A stretch of DNA of 64,000 nt from a virus. Under the pieces are notes generated by a model, which made no database searches, was not told the DNA's origin, and was given only the letters and a program-made list of their open reading frames with translations. The DNA lies in the IMG/VR virus record IMGVR_UViG_3300005739_000002, positions 1-64,000 of that record. One strand, written 5' to 3'. How positions within the stretch are numbered: the first letter of the stretch is position 1; every line of letters starts with the position of its first letter. Of the stretch, positions 46,771-55,318 are shown piece after piece. Both the position numbers and the translations under genes were made by a program.

Positions 46771-47456
46771 TGTACGTATTAGAAAAACAAAAGATAAGAC
46801 GCCGTGCATGGATACAGGCTGCTGGGATACCTAAATCTAAACTTGGTTGGACCTTAGACGATTGCACAGACTCAGACCCAGCAGACATAGACGAGATTCG
46901 TGGTTGGTTGAGTATCTTTGACGACGGTTCTATTGTTAGGGCATCAGGTAACCGTTATTGCGGCAGGGGTCTTTTATTAGCAGGCCTACCTGGTCGCGGA
47001 AAGTCGACAGTTGCAGCAGCAACTATCCAGAGTATCATGCTTAATTCTTCTTTACAGGCTTTTGATGTATCTGATGAGTCTGTGTTAATCAGGCCTTGTT
47101 ATTTCATTACCTTTAACGATGTATTAGCACTTCAAGGTCGCATGATGGATAGCCCGACAGACTGGGAGGAGGTGCTCTACCATGGGATTCTGGGCGACGC
47201 TCATGACCCTTATAACATCAGAGTCTTGGTGATTGATGATGTAGGTAAGGAGCACGCTAGCCTCAGTGGATGGCAGAAGAACGTTCTCCACCATGTATTG
47301 CGTACGCGATACAACCAGGGTCTGCCAACCATCGTGACCACTAACGTTATGCTTGAGGACTGGAATAGTCTTTATGGTGACGCTACCGAAAGTTTTGCTA
47401 AGGAAGCGTTTACATATCTACCAATGGTTACGAGTAAAGGAGACTTACGAGAATGA
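46770..47456 (+). CDS. DnaC/IstB-like AAA+ helicase loader
   Basis: GLPGRGKS, LVIDDVGKE, RYNQGLPTIVTTN. Confidence 0.85.
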   Translation: MYVLEKQKIRRRAWIQAAGIPKSKLGWTLDDCTDSDPADIDEIRGWLSIFDDGSIVRASGNRYCGRGLLLAGLPGRGKSTVAAATIQSIMLNSSLQAFDVSDESVLIRPCYFITFNDVLALQGRMMDSPTDWEEVLYHGILGDAHDPYNIRVLVIDDVGKEHASLSGWQKNVLHHVLRTRYNQGLPTIVTTNVMLEDWNSLYGDATESFAKEAFTYLPMVTSKGDLRE

Positions 47457-47761
47457 GTAAGGTGATGGATACAAAACTAGTGCAAGTGTTTCTAAGTCAG
47501 ACACAGTCGCCTGGGCCTGGAATCTACGAAGTGTCCTGCGATGAGAGCAACAAGTTGTACTGCACCTGCCCAGGTTACAGAGGCCGTAACACTTGTAAAC
47601 ATATTAAGTTTGTCAGCGCTCGCATTAAAGCAAATGGCGGAGACACCTATCCTCTAGAATTTTCTAGCAGAGCGTCAGCAGAAGACGTGGCTGTAGCTAA
47701 GACATCAAAGGAAGCCTTCAGAGACTTTGTAATAAAGTTTGGCAAGATTGAAGTCTTTTAG
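47453..47761 (+). CDS. SWIM zinc-finger protein
   Basis: CTCP......CKHI. Confidence 0.8.
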   Translation: MSKVMDTKLVQVFLSQTQSPGPGIYEVSCDESNKLYCTCPGYRGRNTCKHIKFVSARIKANGGDTYPLEFSSRASAEDVAVAKTSKEAFRDFVIKFGKIEVF

Positions 47762-48171
47762 TGCGAAAAGGGGACATCAGTAACGAACTCCCCAAACGGA
47801 TACTAGTTACCACAGACATTATTATGGATGTGGAGATTAATATAAAGAAAAAGTTATTAATCATTCCCACCGTAAAAATACAAAAGAAGTTTAGACGGGA
47901 CGCTTTGTCCTATCTATACATATTTACAACCAGGGCTGGTTTTACCCTGGAACTCATCTCCTTTGATTTAGGGGATGCGGACTTACAAGAAGTTATGGAT
48001 ATGCTTGACAACATGGGCACCAACCCATTTAGATACTACACGGCGTACGAATCGGACAACCACTTGCTCAGCGAACTTCCCTATAGACCTGAAGTAGTTG
48101 GCGTAGTTGATGTAGACTCCCGCCTCCTACGATACGGACATTGGGGAAGGACATTCGCTGATTTACAATGA
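47761..48171 (+). CDS. hypothetical protein, possibly degenerate HAD-fold
   Basis: Coupled ORF between SWIM and DnaB. Confidence 0.5.
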   Translation: MRKGDISNELPKRILVTTDIIMDVEINIKKKLLIIPTVKIQKKFRRDALSYLYIFTTRAGFTLELISFDLGDADLQEVMDMLDNMGTNPFRYYTAYESDNHLLSELPYRPEVVGVVDVDSRLLRYGHWGRTFADLQ

Positions 48172-49394
48172 ACAATGAATATAAATTATTAAGCAAGATA
48201 TTAGAAGAGCGTAACCTTCCGTATTTATACGAACTAGGCATTAAGGATGCTTGGTTTATTGATAAAGATGTAAAACGTGTATGGATATTTGTTCGTGAAC
48301 ATTTTACAAAGTATGCAGAGTGCCCAAGCCTAGAGGTTATTGCTGAGAATTTTCCTACATGGAAACAGTATCCAACAGACGACAACATTGAGTATTTAGT
48401 AGACACGGTTATAGCTCACCGTAGAGCTGGCTCTGTAATAAAGATGCTAGAAGCAGCGGCTACTGCTTTAGATAAAAACCGTGACCATGAAGAAGCGTTG
48501 CGTATATTCCAGGCTGGAATTATTACTCTTGAAGAGGACGGCCTTAGTAAAACCAGCGACTTAAACCTAGTAGAAGACCCTAAGAGACGATGGGAAGAAT
48601 ACCTGTGGCGTAAGAACAACCCAGGTCTACTTGGCGTTGGTACTGGGTTTCCTAGCGTTGACAAAGTTACAGGCGGTCTACAACCAGGTCAGTTGATAGT
48701 TATTGTTGCTCCACCAAAGACTGGTAAATCCACTCTTGCCTTGCAGTTTGCACAGAACGTACATCTGCAAGATAAGTCGGTTATGTTCCAATCCTTTGAG
48801 ATGAGTAACCACGAGCAACAGACTCGTTATGATGCCATGCGTGCTCGCATATCTCACACAAGACTTATTAACGGTGCGCTAGAACCTGAAGAAGAAGCGC
48901 GTTATAAAGCTAAATTAGATGCGATGGAAAACATGCGTAAGCCTTTCCATCTTGTCGATTCCGCTAATGGCTCTACCGTGTCAGGTATTGGTGGAAAAAT
49001 ACAAACGCTTCATCCAGACGTAGTATTTATTGACGGTGTTTATCTTATGATTGACGAGCAGACTGGAGAGGCAAATACTCCACAGGCTCTTACTAATATT
49101 ACCCGTTCTCTAAAGCGCATGGCACAGAAGTTTAAAGTGCCCATCGTTATTACTACCCAGGTTCTTAACTGGAAGATGCGTAAGGGTCAAGTAACTGCTG
49201 ACTCTATTGGTTATTCCTCATCATTCGTACAAGACGCGGATGTTGTGTTTGGTCTACAGCGTGAGGATGAAAACGTAGATGACACACGTGTTCTTAAAGT
49301 TCTTGAGAGCCGTAACTCTGGACGTATGGAGATATCACTTATCTGGGCCTGGGATACAGGTACGTTTAGGGAGATTGATATCAATGACCTCTAA
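48168..49394 (+). CDS. dnaB: DnaB-like replicative helicase
   Basis: TGF..VD..TGG, APPKTGKS, FEM, IDGVYL, QDAD motifs. Confidence 0.92.
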   Translation: MNNEYKLLSKILEERNLPYLYELGIKDAWFIDKDVKRVWIFVREHFTKYAECPSLEVIAENFPTWKQYPTDDNIEYLVDTVIAHRRAGSVIKMLEAAATALDKNRDHEEALRIFQAGIITLEEDGLSKTSDLNLVEDPKRRWEEYLWRKNNPGLLGVGTGFPSVDKVTGGLQPGQLIVIVAPPKTGKSTLALQFAQNVHLQDKSVMFQSFEMSNHEQQTRYDAMRARISHTRLINGALEPEEEARYKAKLDAMENMRKPFHLVDSANGSTVSGIGGKIQTLHPDVVFIDGVYLMIDEQTGEANTPQALTNITRSLKRMAQKFKVPIVITTQVLNWKMRKGQVTADSIGYSSSFVQDADVVFGLQREDENVDDTRVLKVLESRNSGRMEISLIWAWDTGTFREIDINDL

Positions 49395-50295
49395 TATAGA
49401 AGACACGCTAGAAACGCTAGGTCTTAAGGTAGTGTCTATTCGCGGTAACGAGATACAGCTTCACTGCCCTGCTCATAAAGAGCGCACAGGCAAAGAGGAT
49501 AACAATCCATCTTTTTGGATTAATGGAGACAGTGGGTTATTTATTTGTTTTTCCTGTGATTGGAAAGGCGGACTTAAAACTCTAGTCAACTATCTAGGTG
49601 GCGGTGCTGTAACCATAGAAGACGTAGACAACACTGTGTCTAGATTGACTGCCAGAATACGCCAGCTTGTACAGGGCGGAAAGCCTGAGAAAGAAGAGAT
49701 GGTTCCTATACATGAGTCTATGCTCTTTGCTTTTAAGTCTGTTCCTGATGACGTATGCATCAGTAGGGGTCTGTTACCAAAAGTGGCTGAACAATATGGG
49801 CTTAAATGGAATTCTTTACAGGGTAATTGGATTATTCCTATTAGAGACCCGATGACTAATAAACTTCTTGGGTGGCAAGAGAAGGGCCACAAGAGTAGGT
49901 TTTTTAGAAACACTACTGGTGTAAAGAAGAGCGAGGCTTTATTTGGCTATGACCAGTATCGTGGCGGGGACATGATTATTGTAGAGTCTCCGTTAGATGT
50001 AGTGCGTCTAGCTTCAGTGGGTATACCTGGTGGCGTGGCTACATATGGATGTGCGGTATCAGATACGCAGTGGAGTTTAATTCGTGGGGCTACCAGACCA
50101 GTCTTTGCTTTAGATAATGATGATGCAGGCAAGGCTTGCACCCGTGATATAAAAGACTGGGCTCTTGACATGGGGCTTCCTTGTTGGTTTTTTAATTATG
50201 ACAACACTGACCAAAAAGATGTGGGCGGCATGTCTAAAAAAGAAATAGAGTGGGGTTTGCAATTTGCTAAACATCTAATAGGGTTTCAGCCATGA
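49384..50295 (+). CDS. DNA primase (Zn finger + TOPRIM)
   Basis: CPAH...CFSC; VESPLD; LDND; KDVG. Confidence 0.88.
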   Translation: MTSNIEDTLETLGLKVVSIRGNEIQLHCPAHKERTGKEDNNPSFWINGDSGLFICFSCDWKGGLKTLVNYLGGGAVTIEDVDNTVSRLTARIRQLVQGGKPEKEEMVPIHESMLFAFKSVPDDVCISRGLLPKVAEQYGLKWNSLQGNWIIPIRDPMTNKLLGWQEKGHKSRFFRNTTGVKKSEALFGYDQYRGGDMIIVESPLDVVRLASVGIPGGVATYGCAVSDTQWSLIRGATRPVFALDNDDAGKACTRDIKDWALDMGLPCWFFNYDNTDQKDVGGMSKKEIEWGLQFAKHLIGFQP

Positions 50296-50483
50296 GTGGT
50301 ACCACTAGATGGATGGCCGCAGGGCCTCTTAGAGATTACCTTGAAAAGGTATCAGCGGATAATAAAGAGAGGGCTAAGTACTGTCACGCATGTGATAAGA
50401 AGACTGCTGACCACTGGGAAAGCGTTAGAGGAACACCAACATTAGTTCGTTCATGTAAGGAGTGCTGCTCATGCCCAAAGTAA
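50292..50483 (+). CDS. small Cys-rich protein
   Basis: CHAC...CKECCSC; overlapping operon gene. Confidence 0.5.
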   Translation: MSGTTRWMAAGPLRDYLEKVSADNKERAKYCHACDKKTADHWESVRGTPTLVRSCKECCSCPK

Positions 50484-51013
50484 TTGGTTTATCTGGATAT
50501 GCACAGGTAGGCAAAGACACCGTAGCTCAAGTGCTAGTACAAAAATATGCGTTTGAGCGCATAGCCTTTGCTGATTCTATTAGAAATTTTCTATACGAGG
50601 TTGACCCTATTGTTGGACACGTAGCAACCGAGCCCCTATATCTATCTAGATTAGTAGACAGAGACGGATGGGAAGCAGCTAAGAAAAACCCTGAGGTTCG
50701 TCGTATGCTACAACGCACAGGAGTGGCTGCTAGAAACCAGTGGCAAAAAGACTTTTGGATTGCCCAAGCATTGAAGAAGATGCTGCCTGCAGGTCCTAGG
50801 CAGTACGTTATAACAGACGTGCGTTTTCCTAATGAAGCCTCGGCTATTAGATTACTTGGCGGTGAGATATGGCGGGTCACTAGAGGTGATGCAAAGGCCG
50901 TCAACTCCCATGTATCAGAATCTGCCTTAGACAACTTTAAGTTTGATAAGGTTATTGAGAACATAGGAACTATAAACGATTTAGAAAAAATTGTAGATAA
51001 ATATGTGGGATAA
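50471..51013 (+). CDS. deoxynucleoside monophosphate kinase
   Basis: IGLSGYAQVGKDT, FAD, RRMLQ, ITDVRFPNE, HVSE. Confidence 0.9.
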   Translation: MPKVIGLSGYAQVGKDTVAQVLVQKYAFERIAFADSIRNFLYEVDPIVGHVATEPLYLSRLVDRDGWEAAKKNPEVRRMLQRTGVAARNQWQKDFWIAQALKKMLPAGPRQYVITDVRFPNEASAIRLLGGEIWRVTRGDAKAVNSHVSESALDNFKFDKVIENIGTINDLEKIVDKYVG

Positions 51014-51317
51014 CCCAAGAAGAAGTTATACAGCCCATCACTACCCTAAAGCCTGCGCCCATTGTTGGGTCTGGGTTAAGAGAAACGTCAACTGGGAAAC
51101 AGAAGAAGGAGAACGCTTTATAGGCGACTACCTCACCATGGAGTGTGGACACTGTAGGAAGATGGGAAAGATTACTTGCCGTTGGAATGATGCATTGCAT
51201 TCTCATATACCAGAGGGTTCTAAACGCGGGTTTTATAATGTTCACAATACGCTCGGGTGCCCACCTCGTGGTGGTAAATCTAAATCCAGTGAGTTAGAGT
51301 ACGCAGATGACTTTTAA
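51003..51317 (+). CDS. hypothetical zinc-binding protein
   Basis: CAHCW...ECGHC; fills the gap with overlaps. Confidence 0.45.
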   Translation: MWDNPRRSYTAHHYPKACAHCWVWVKRNVNWETEEGERFIGDYLTMECGHCRKMGKITCRWNDALHSHIPEGSKRGFYNVHNTLGCPPRGGKSKSSELEYADDF

Positions 51318-52896
51318 AGGCACCCTGCTTCCCTACCAACCAGAAGCCGTTGACAAAATGTGTGAGCGCGGCAAGGTCCTGGTTGCCTATGACTTAGGGT
51401 TGGGTAAGACGGTTCTGACTATTGCAGCCATAGAAAGATTGATGGATGAGAAAAAAATTAAGGAACCAGGGCTTATAATTTGTCTATCCTCATTGAAATA
51501 TCAATGGGCTGGACAGATTGCGAAATTTACCAATGGAACTTCAAACGCTTTGGTCATTGATGGAACGCCAAAGCAACGAGATAAACAGTACGCCCAAGCG
51601 CTCGACTGGCGTAATACAGGCGTTGATTACATCATTCTTAACTACGAGCAGATTGTTAACGACTGGGATACCGTGTCAAAATTGCCCAGAGGATTCGTTG
51701 TCTGTGACGAAGCCACAGCCATTAAGTCCTTCAAATCCAAGCGGTCAAAAGCAGTAAAGAAGTTAATCAATGCGCCTTTTAGATTTGCACTCACTGGTAC
51801 ACCTATTGAGAATGGTAGGCCTGAAGAGCTGTATAGCATTATGCAGTTCGTTGACGCCAGCGTACTTGGTAGGTTTGACATCTTTGATGCAGCTTTTATT
51901 GTAAGAAATTCTTGGGGTGCTCCTCAGTACTATCGAAATTTATCAACTCTTCACAATAAGATGAAGGAAGCTTCTGTGCGTAAAGCGCAGAAGGACCCAG
52001 ATGTTGCCCCTTACTTACCTGACACAATTCACAAAGACCCAATCACTGTCGTATTTGATAGGGCTTCTTCAAAGTTATACACACGTATTGCTCAAGACCT
52101 GCTTACTGATTTAGACGAAGCACAAGATTTATTTGGAAGTAACTTCAACATCATGGCGCACTACGGTATGGAGTCTCGTCGAGGCGGTCCTGAGGATGAG
52201 ATGCGTGGCAAGATTATGTCTAAGATTGGCGCACTTAAGATGCTTTGTTCACACCCAGACCTATTAAGAACTAGCGCTAAGAAATTTAAACAGATGGGCG
52301 GGGAAGGTTCGGCGTACATAGCTGAGCTTGTAGACAATGGTGCAGTAGAAGATTGCAAAGACTCTCCTAAATTAGAGTATCTAGTTAGATATGTAAAAGA
52401 GTTCTTAGAGCAAAGTGATGATAACAAGGTTGTTATATTTGCTACCTATGTTGACATGCTTGATAAGATTACGGATGCTTTAGGGACAGATATCTGCCGT
52501 CAATACTCTGGGAGAATGGATGCTCGTGCTAAAGAATCTAACAAAACTGACTTCAATACTAATCCCGCTGTACGCGTACTGGTTAGTTCTGACGCTGGGG
52601 GTTACGGTGTGGACCTTCCTGCTGCTAATCTTCTTATCAATTACGACCTCCCTTGGTCTTCGGGAAGTGCAACGCAAAGGAATGGCCGTATCCAAAGAGC
52701 GTCATCTACATGGCCCTCAATCGTAATTCAGGATTTAATTATGGCTGGCTCCATAGAGGAAAGGCAGCACGATATGTTGCAACAGAAGTCTTCTGTAGCC
52801 AACGCCATCATTGATGGCAAAGGTATTGAAGATGGTGATAAACTTTCTATGACTGTTGATAGCCTTAGGTCCTATTTGACTAACGGCAATGTTTAA
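51307..52896 (+). CDS. SNF2-family (SF2) helicase
   Basis: LGLGKT, DEA, LTGTPIEN, YDLPWS, QRNGRIQR. Confidence 0.9.
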   Translation: MTFKGTLLPYQPEAVDKMCERGKVLVAYDLGLGKTVLTIAAIERLMDEKKIKEPGLIICLSSLKYQWAGQIAKFTNGTSNALVIDGTPKQRDKQYAQALDWRNTGVDYIILNYEQIVNDWDTVSKLPRGFVVCDEATAIKSFKSKRSKAVKKLINAPFRFALTGTPIENGRPEELYSIMQFVDASVLGRFDIFDAAFIVRNSWGAPQYYRNLSTLHNKMKEASVRKAQKDPDVAPYLPDTIHKDPITVVFDRASSKLYTRIAQDLLTDLDEAQDLFGSNFNIMAHYGMESRRGGPEDEMRGKIMSKIGALKMLCSHPDLLRTSAKKFKQMGGEGSAYIAELVDNGAVEDCKDSPKLEYLVRYVKEFLEQSDDNKVVIFATYVDMLDKITDALGTDICRQYSGRMDARAKESNKTDFNTNPAVRVLVSSDAGGYGVDLPAANLLINYDLPWSSGSATQRNGRIQRASSTWPSIVIQDLIMAGSIEERQHDMLQQKSSVANAIIDGKGIEDGDKLSMTVDSLRSYLTNGNV

Positions 52897-52908
52897 TAAG
52901 GTGGGTTT

Positions 52909-53064
52909 ATGGTTGATATGCTTTTATGGTTCGTACTTGGGTTAGTAGTAGGTTTAGCTTTAGATTGGGTATTAGTAAAAATTATGTTGCGTTCAGTTAA
53001 CACAAGGCTCATGGCTCTGGAGGTTAACCAGCGTAGACAAGACGTAGTTTGTAAATGTAACTAA
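52909..53064 (+). CDS. 51-aa membrane protein (not in ORF track)
   Basis: MVDMLLWFVLGLVVGLALDWVLVKIMLRSVNTRLMALEVNQRRQDVVCKCN. Confidence 0.55.
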   Translation: MVDMLLWFVLGLVVGLALDWVLVKIMLRSVNTRLMALEVNQRRQDVVCKCN

Positions 53065-53069
53065 GCAAT

Positions 53070-53142
53070 TGGACCATAGCTCAGTCGGCAGAGCGAGGAG
53101 CTGTTAACTCCTAGGTCCCTGGTTCGAGCCCAGGTGGTCCAG
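53070..53142 (+). tRNA. tRNA-Asn (GTT)
   Basis: Acceptor TGGACCA/TGGTCCA; anticodon arm AGGAG-CTGTTAA-CTCCT; GGTTCGAGCC T-arm. Confidence 0.92.
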
Positions 53143-53146
53143 CTTC

Positions 53147-53222
53147 GCGGACGTAGCGCAGTTGGTAGCGCGGAACCTTGCCAAGGTTCAGGTCGCGGGT
53201 TCGACCCCCGTCGTCCGCTCCA
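53147..53222 (+). tRNA. tRNA-Gly (GCC), CCA encoded
   Basis: Acceptor GCGGACG/CGTCCGC; GAACC-TTGCCAA-GGTTC. Confidence 0.93.
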
Positions 53223-53223
53223 G

Positions 53224-53294
53224 TGCCCTCTCGTCTAACGGTAGGACATCGCGCTCTGGACGCGAGAGTTGAGGTTCGAATCCTTGGGGGGCAG
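53224..53294 (+). tRNA. tRNA-Gln (CTG)
   Basis: Acceptor TGCCCTC/GGGGGCA; TCGCG-CTCTGGA-CGCGA; GGTTCGAATCC. Confidence 0.9.
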
Positions 53295-53336
53295 CTTTAG
53301 CAGTACATACAGACCTATAGTAAATACACTATAAGT

Positions 53337-53486
53337 ATGCCTAACTCACCAAAGACCCCCACACGTACTATCCGTGTGTCAGATAATCTATGGACAGCGG
53401 TCCAGAAGAAAGCTGCAGCTGAGAAGGTTACGGTAACCAGCGTTATCATCCGTGCTCTTCAAAACTATATTAAAGAAGATAAATAA
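53337..53486 (+). CDS. ribbon-helix-helix DNA-binding protein, leaderless (not in ORF track)
   Basis: MPNSPKTPTRTIRVSDNLWTAVQKKAAAEKVTVTSVIIRALQNYI; TACACT 6 nt before ATG. Confidence 0.8.
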   Translation: MPNSPKTPTRTIRVSDNLWTAVQKKAAAEKVTVTSVIIRALQNYIKEDK

Positions 53487-53645
53487 ATGGGGAAACACCA
53501 CGATAAGGTAGCTGCTGCATTGGAATGGCGTATTAAAACTATGCCTAAGGGTTCTGGATTTAAGAAGCCTGGGTCTATGAACCCACGCAAGACTGGCTAC
53601 CGCAGCATCAATGCGGCTGAGGCTAGAAAAGCAATTAGCAAATAG
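53487..53645 (+). CDS. 52-aa basic protein (not in ORF track)
   Basis: MGKHHDKVAAALEWRIKTMPKGSGFKKPGSMNPRKTGYRSINAAEARKAISK. Confidence 0.6.
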   Translation: MGKHHDKVAAALEWRIKTMPKGSGFKKPGSMNPRKTGYRSINAAEARKAISK

Positions 53646-53647
53646 AC

Positions 53648-53676
53648 TTGACACCGTCTTAGTCATCCATTAGGTT
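53648..53676 (+). promoter_or_regulatory. sigma-A-type promoter TTGACA-N17-TAGGTT
   Basis: Consensus -35, 17-bp spacer. Confidence 0.7.
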
Positions 53677-53705
53677 CTGCCTAACAGCTAAACGTTAGGA
53701 AACTT

Positions 53706-54098
53706 ATGGACATTAATGCAATCAAAGAAGATGTACGCCAATTTAAGGCACTCAAAGATAATGTAGACCTGTTAGTAAAACGTCAGACTGATATTAAAAA
53801 AAGACTGACAGATAACATTGACCAGTTTGGTTCAGAAGACGAAAAAGGTCACATCGTTCTTGCATTAGATGACGAAGATAAAATCATGAAGCAAAAGCGT
53901 GTAACTAAAAACCTTGACATTTCTGCAGCAGAAATTATCCTTACTAAAAAGGGTATTAGAGAGACCTGCATTAAGATGGTTCCAACATTAGATGAGGCAG
54001 CGATTATGGCTGCGTTTTATAACGGTCATCTATCTGAAGAAGATATTGATACCATGTTTCCAGCAAAGGTGACGTACGCGTTTATTGTAGGAAAGTAA
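53706..54098 (+). CDS. coiled-coil hypothetical protein of the recombination module
   Basis: N-terminal coiled coil; SD AGGA. Confidence 0.6.
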   Translation: MDINAIKEDVRQFKALKDNVDLLVKRQTDIKKRLTDNIDQFGSEDEKGHIVLALDDEDKIMKQKRVTKNLDISAAEIILTKKGIRETCIKMVPTLDEAAIMAAFYNGHLSEEDIDTMFPAKVTYAFIVGK

Positions 54099-54099
54099 T

Positions 54100-54567
54100 A
54101 TGTCAGATGAAATTGACGCAATGTTTGCGGACCTTGATACCTACTATCCAGGCAGTAAAAAGAAGCGTCGTGAAACAAAACCTAAAACTAAACGAGTAAC
54201 TAAAGATGGTTCGGACTGGACTACCACTGCGGTGTTTAGAAAACTACCATCGGGAGAACTACACGAGTTTTATCAGGTAGGTGCGTTGGCACAGGCCTTG
54301 GGCAGACCCCTTGTAACAATTCGTTACTGGATTAAAGAAGGGTATCTACCTCAGGCGCCATATCGCTTGGCTGATAAAGAAACAAAAAATGGCGAGAAGC
54401 AACGAGGCCGCAGGTTATACTCGCGGGCTCAGATTGAAAAGGCTGTAGAATTGTTTGGAAAGGCTGGTATTCTTGATAAAGATAGGATACACTGGCCTAA
54501 CCAGCAATTGACTAACGCAATCGCTGAGGCTTGGGACTCAATAAAGAGTGCCGAGCTTAACTTATGA
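54100..54567 (+). CDS. MerR-like HTH DNA-binding protein
   Basis: YQVGALAQALGR..VTIRYW...GYLP...RRLYSRAQI. Confidence 0.8.
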   Translation: MSDEIDAMFADLDTYYPGSKKKRRETKPKTKRVTKDGSDWTTTAVFRKLPSGELHEFYQVGALAQALGRPLVTIRYWIKEGYLPQAPYRLADKETKNGEKQRGRRLYSRAQIEKAVELFGKAGILDKDRIHWPNQQLTNAIAEAWDSIKSAELNL

Positions 54568-54592
54568 AACAACTGAAACAAGGAGAAAATAA

Positions 54593-55255
54593 ATGGCAGT
54601 AGACCGTACTGAAGAGTACATGCCGACAACCGACGCGTTTGCAACCACCAGTGTTGAAGACCGTCCAGCAACACCATCAAGTAATGCAATTCAATCAGGT
54701 TGGGCAGCGGCAGAGTCGCTTACAACCGCATCAGGTGACTATCCCACAGAGTTTAAGTTTAACGATGGGGAGTTCACTGTAGTTAAGTTCATTGACCAGT
54801 CTGGTCCATTCGCAATCTACAAGCAGCACTTCCTACAACAGAAGACTGTTGGCAAGAAGTCGTACGTCTCACTTGGACCTAACGACCCATTGTGCACCAA
54901 ACTTGGAAGCAGGCCTGAAGACAAGCGAGCATTCACTATCGCAGTGGTTACTCCAACAGCCGTTGTACGTCAGATGTTGATTGCTAGCCCACGTCTTTAT
55001 AAGACTTTGCACTCAGCAGAGTTTTCCCCACAGGGTCCTCTGACTAAGAACTTCTGGGCAATTAGCCGTACTGGCAAAATGCAACAGACTGTTTACCATC
55101 TACAGGCAATCAAGCCACGAGACCTCATGGAAGACTATGGTATTGACCAAGCCTTCGCCGAGGCAGAGGTAGCAAAGATTAAGCCTTACGAGCGCTCTGT
55201 AATTAAAGAGCACACATGGGAAGAGCTAGAAGAAATCGCTAATTCCCTTCTCTAA
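54593..55255 (+). CDS. putative single-stranded DNA-binding protein (gp32-like)
   Basis: VKFID..PF..YKQHF, DPLC, ISRTG...TVY; position before PolA. Confidence 0.65.
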   Translation: MAVDRTEEYMPTTDAFATTSVEDRPATPSSNAIQSGWAAAESLTTASGDYPTEFKFNDGEFTVVKFIDQSGPFAIYKQHFLQQKTVGKKSYVSLGPNDPLCTKLGSRPEDKRAFTIAVVTPTAVVRQMLIASPRLYKTLHSAEFSPQGPLTKNFWAISRTGKMQQTVYHLQAIKPRDLMEDYGIDQAFAEAEVAKIKPYERSVIKEHTWEELEEIANSLL

Positions 55256-55265
55256 TCAATAGTGT

Positions 55266-55310
55266 TAGGCTGGGGGTAGAACGTGCTCTACCCCTGGCCT
55301 TAACCATTTT
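55266..55310 (+). terminator. hairpin/terminator
   Basis: AGGCTGGGGGTAGA...TCTACCCCTGGCCT. Confidence 0.65.
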
Positions 55311-55318
55311 AGGATGCG

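Noticed and set aside
53388-53666. Minus-strand 92-aa ORF
   Set aside because: Overlaps two better-supported plus-strand genes (RHH protein and basic peptide).
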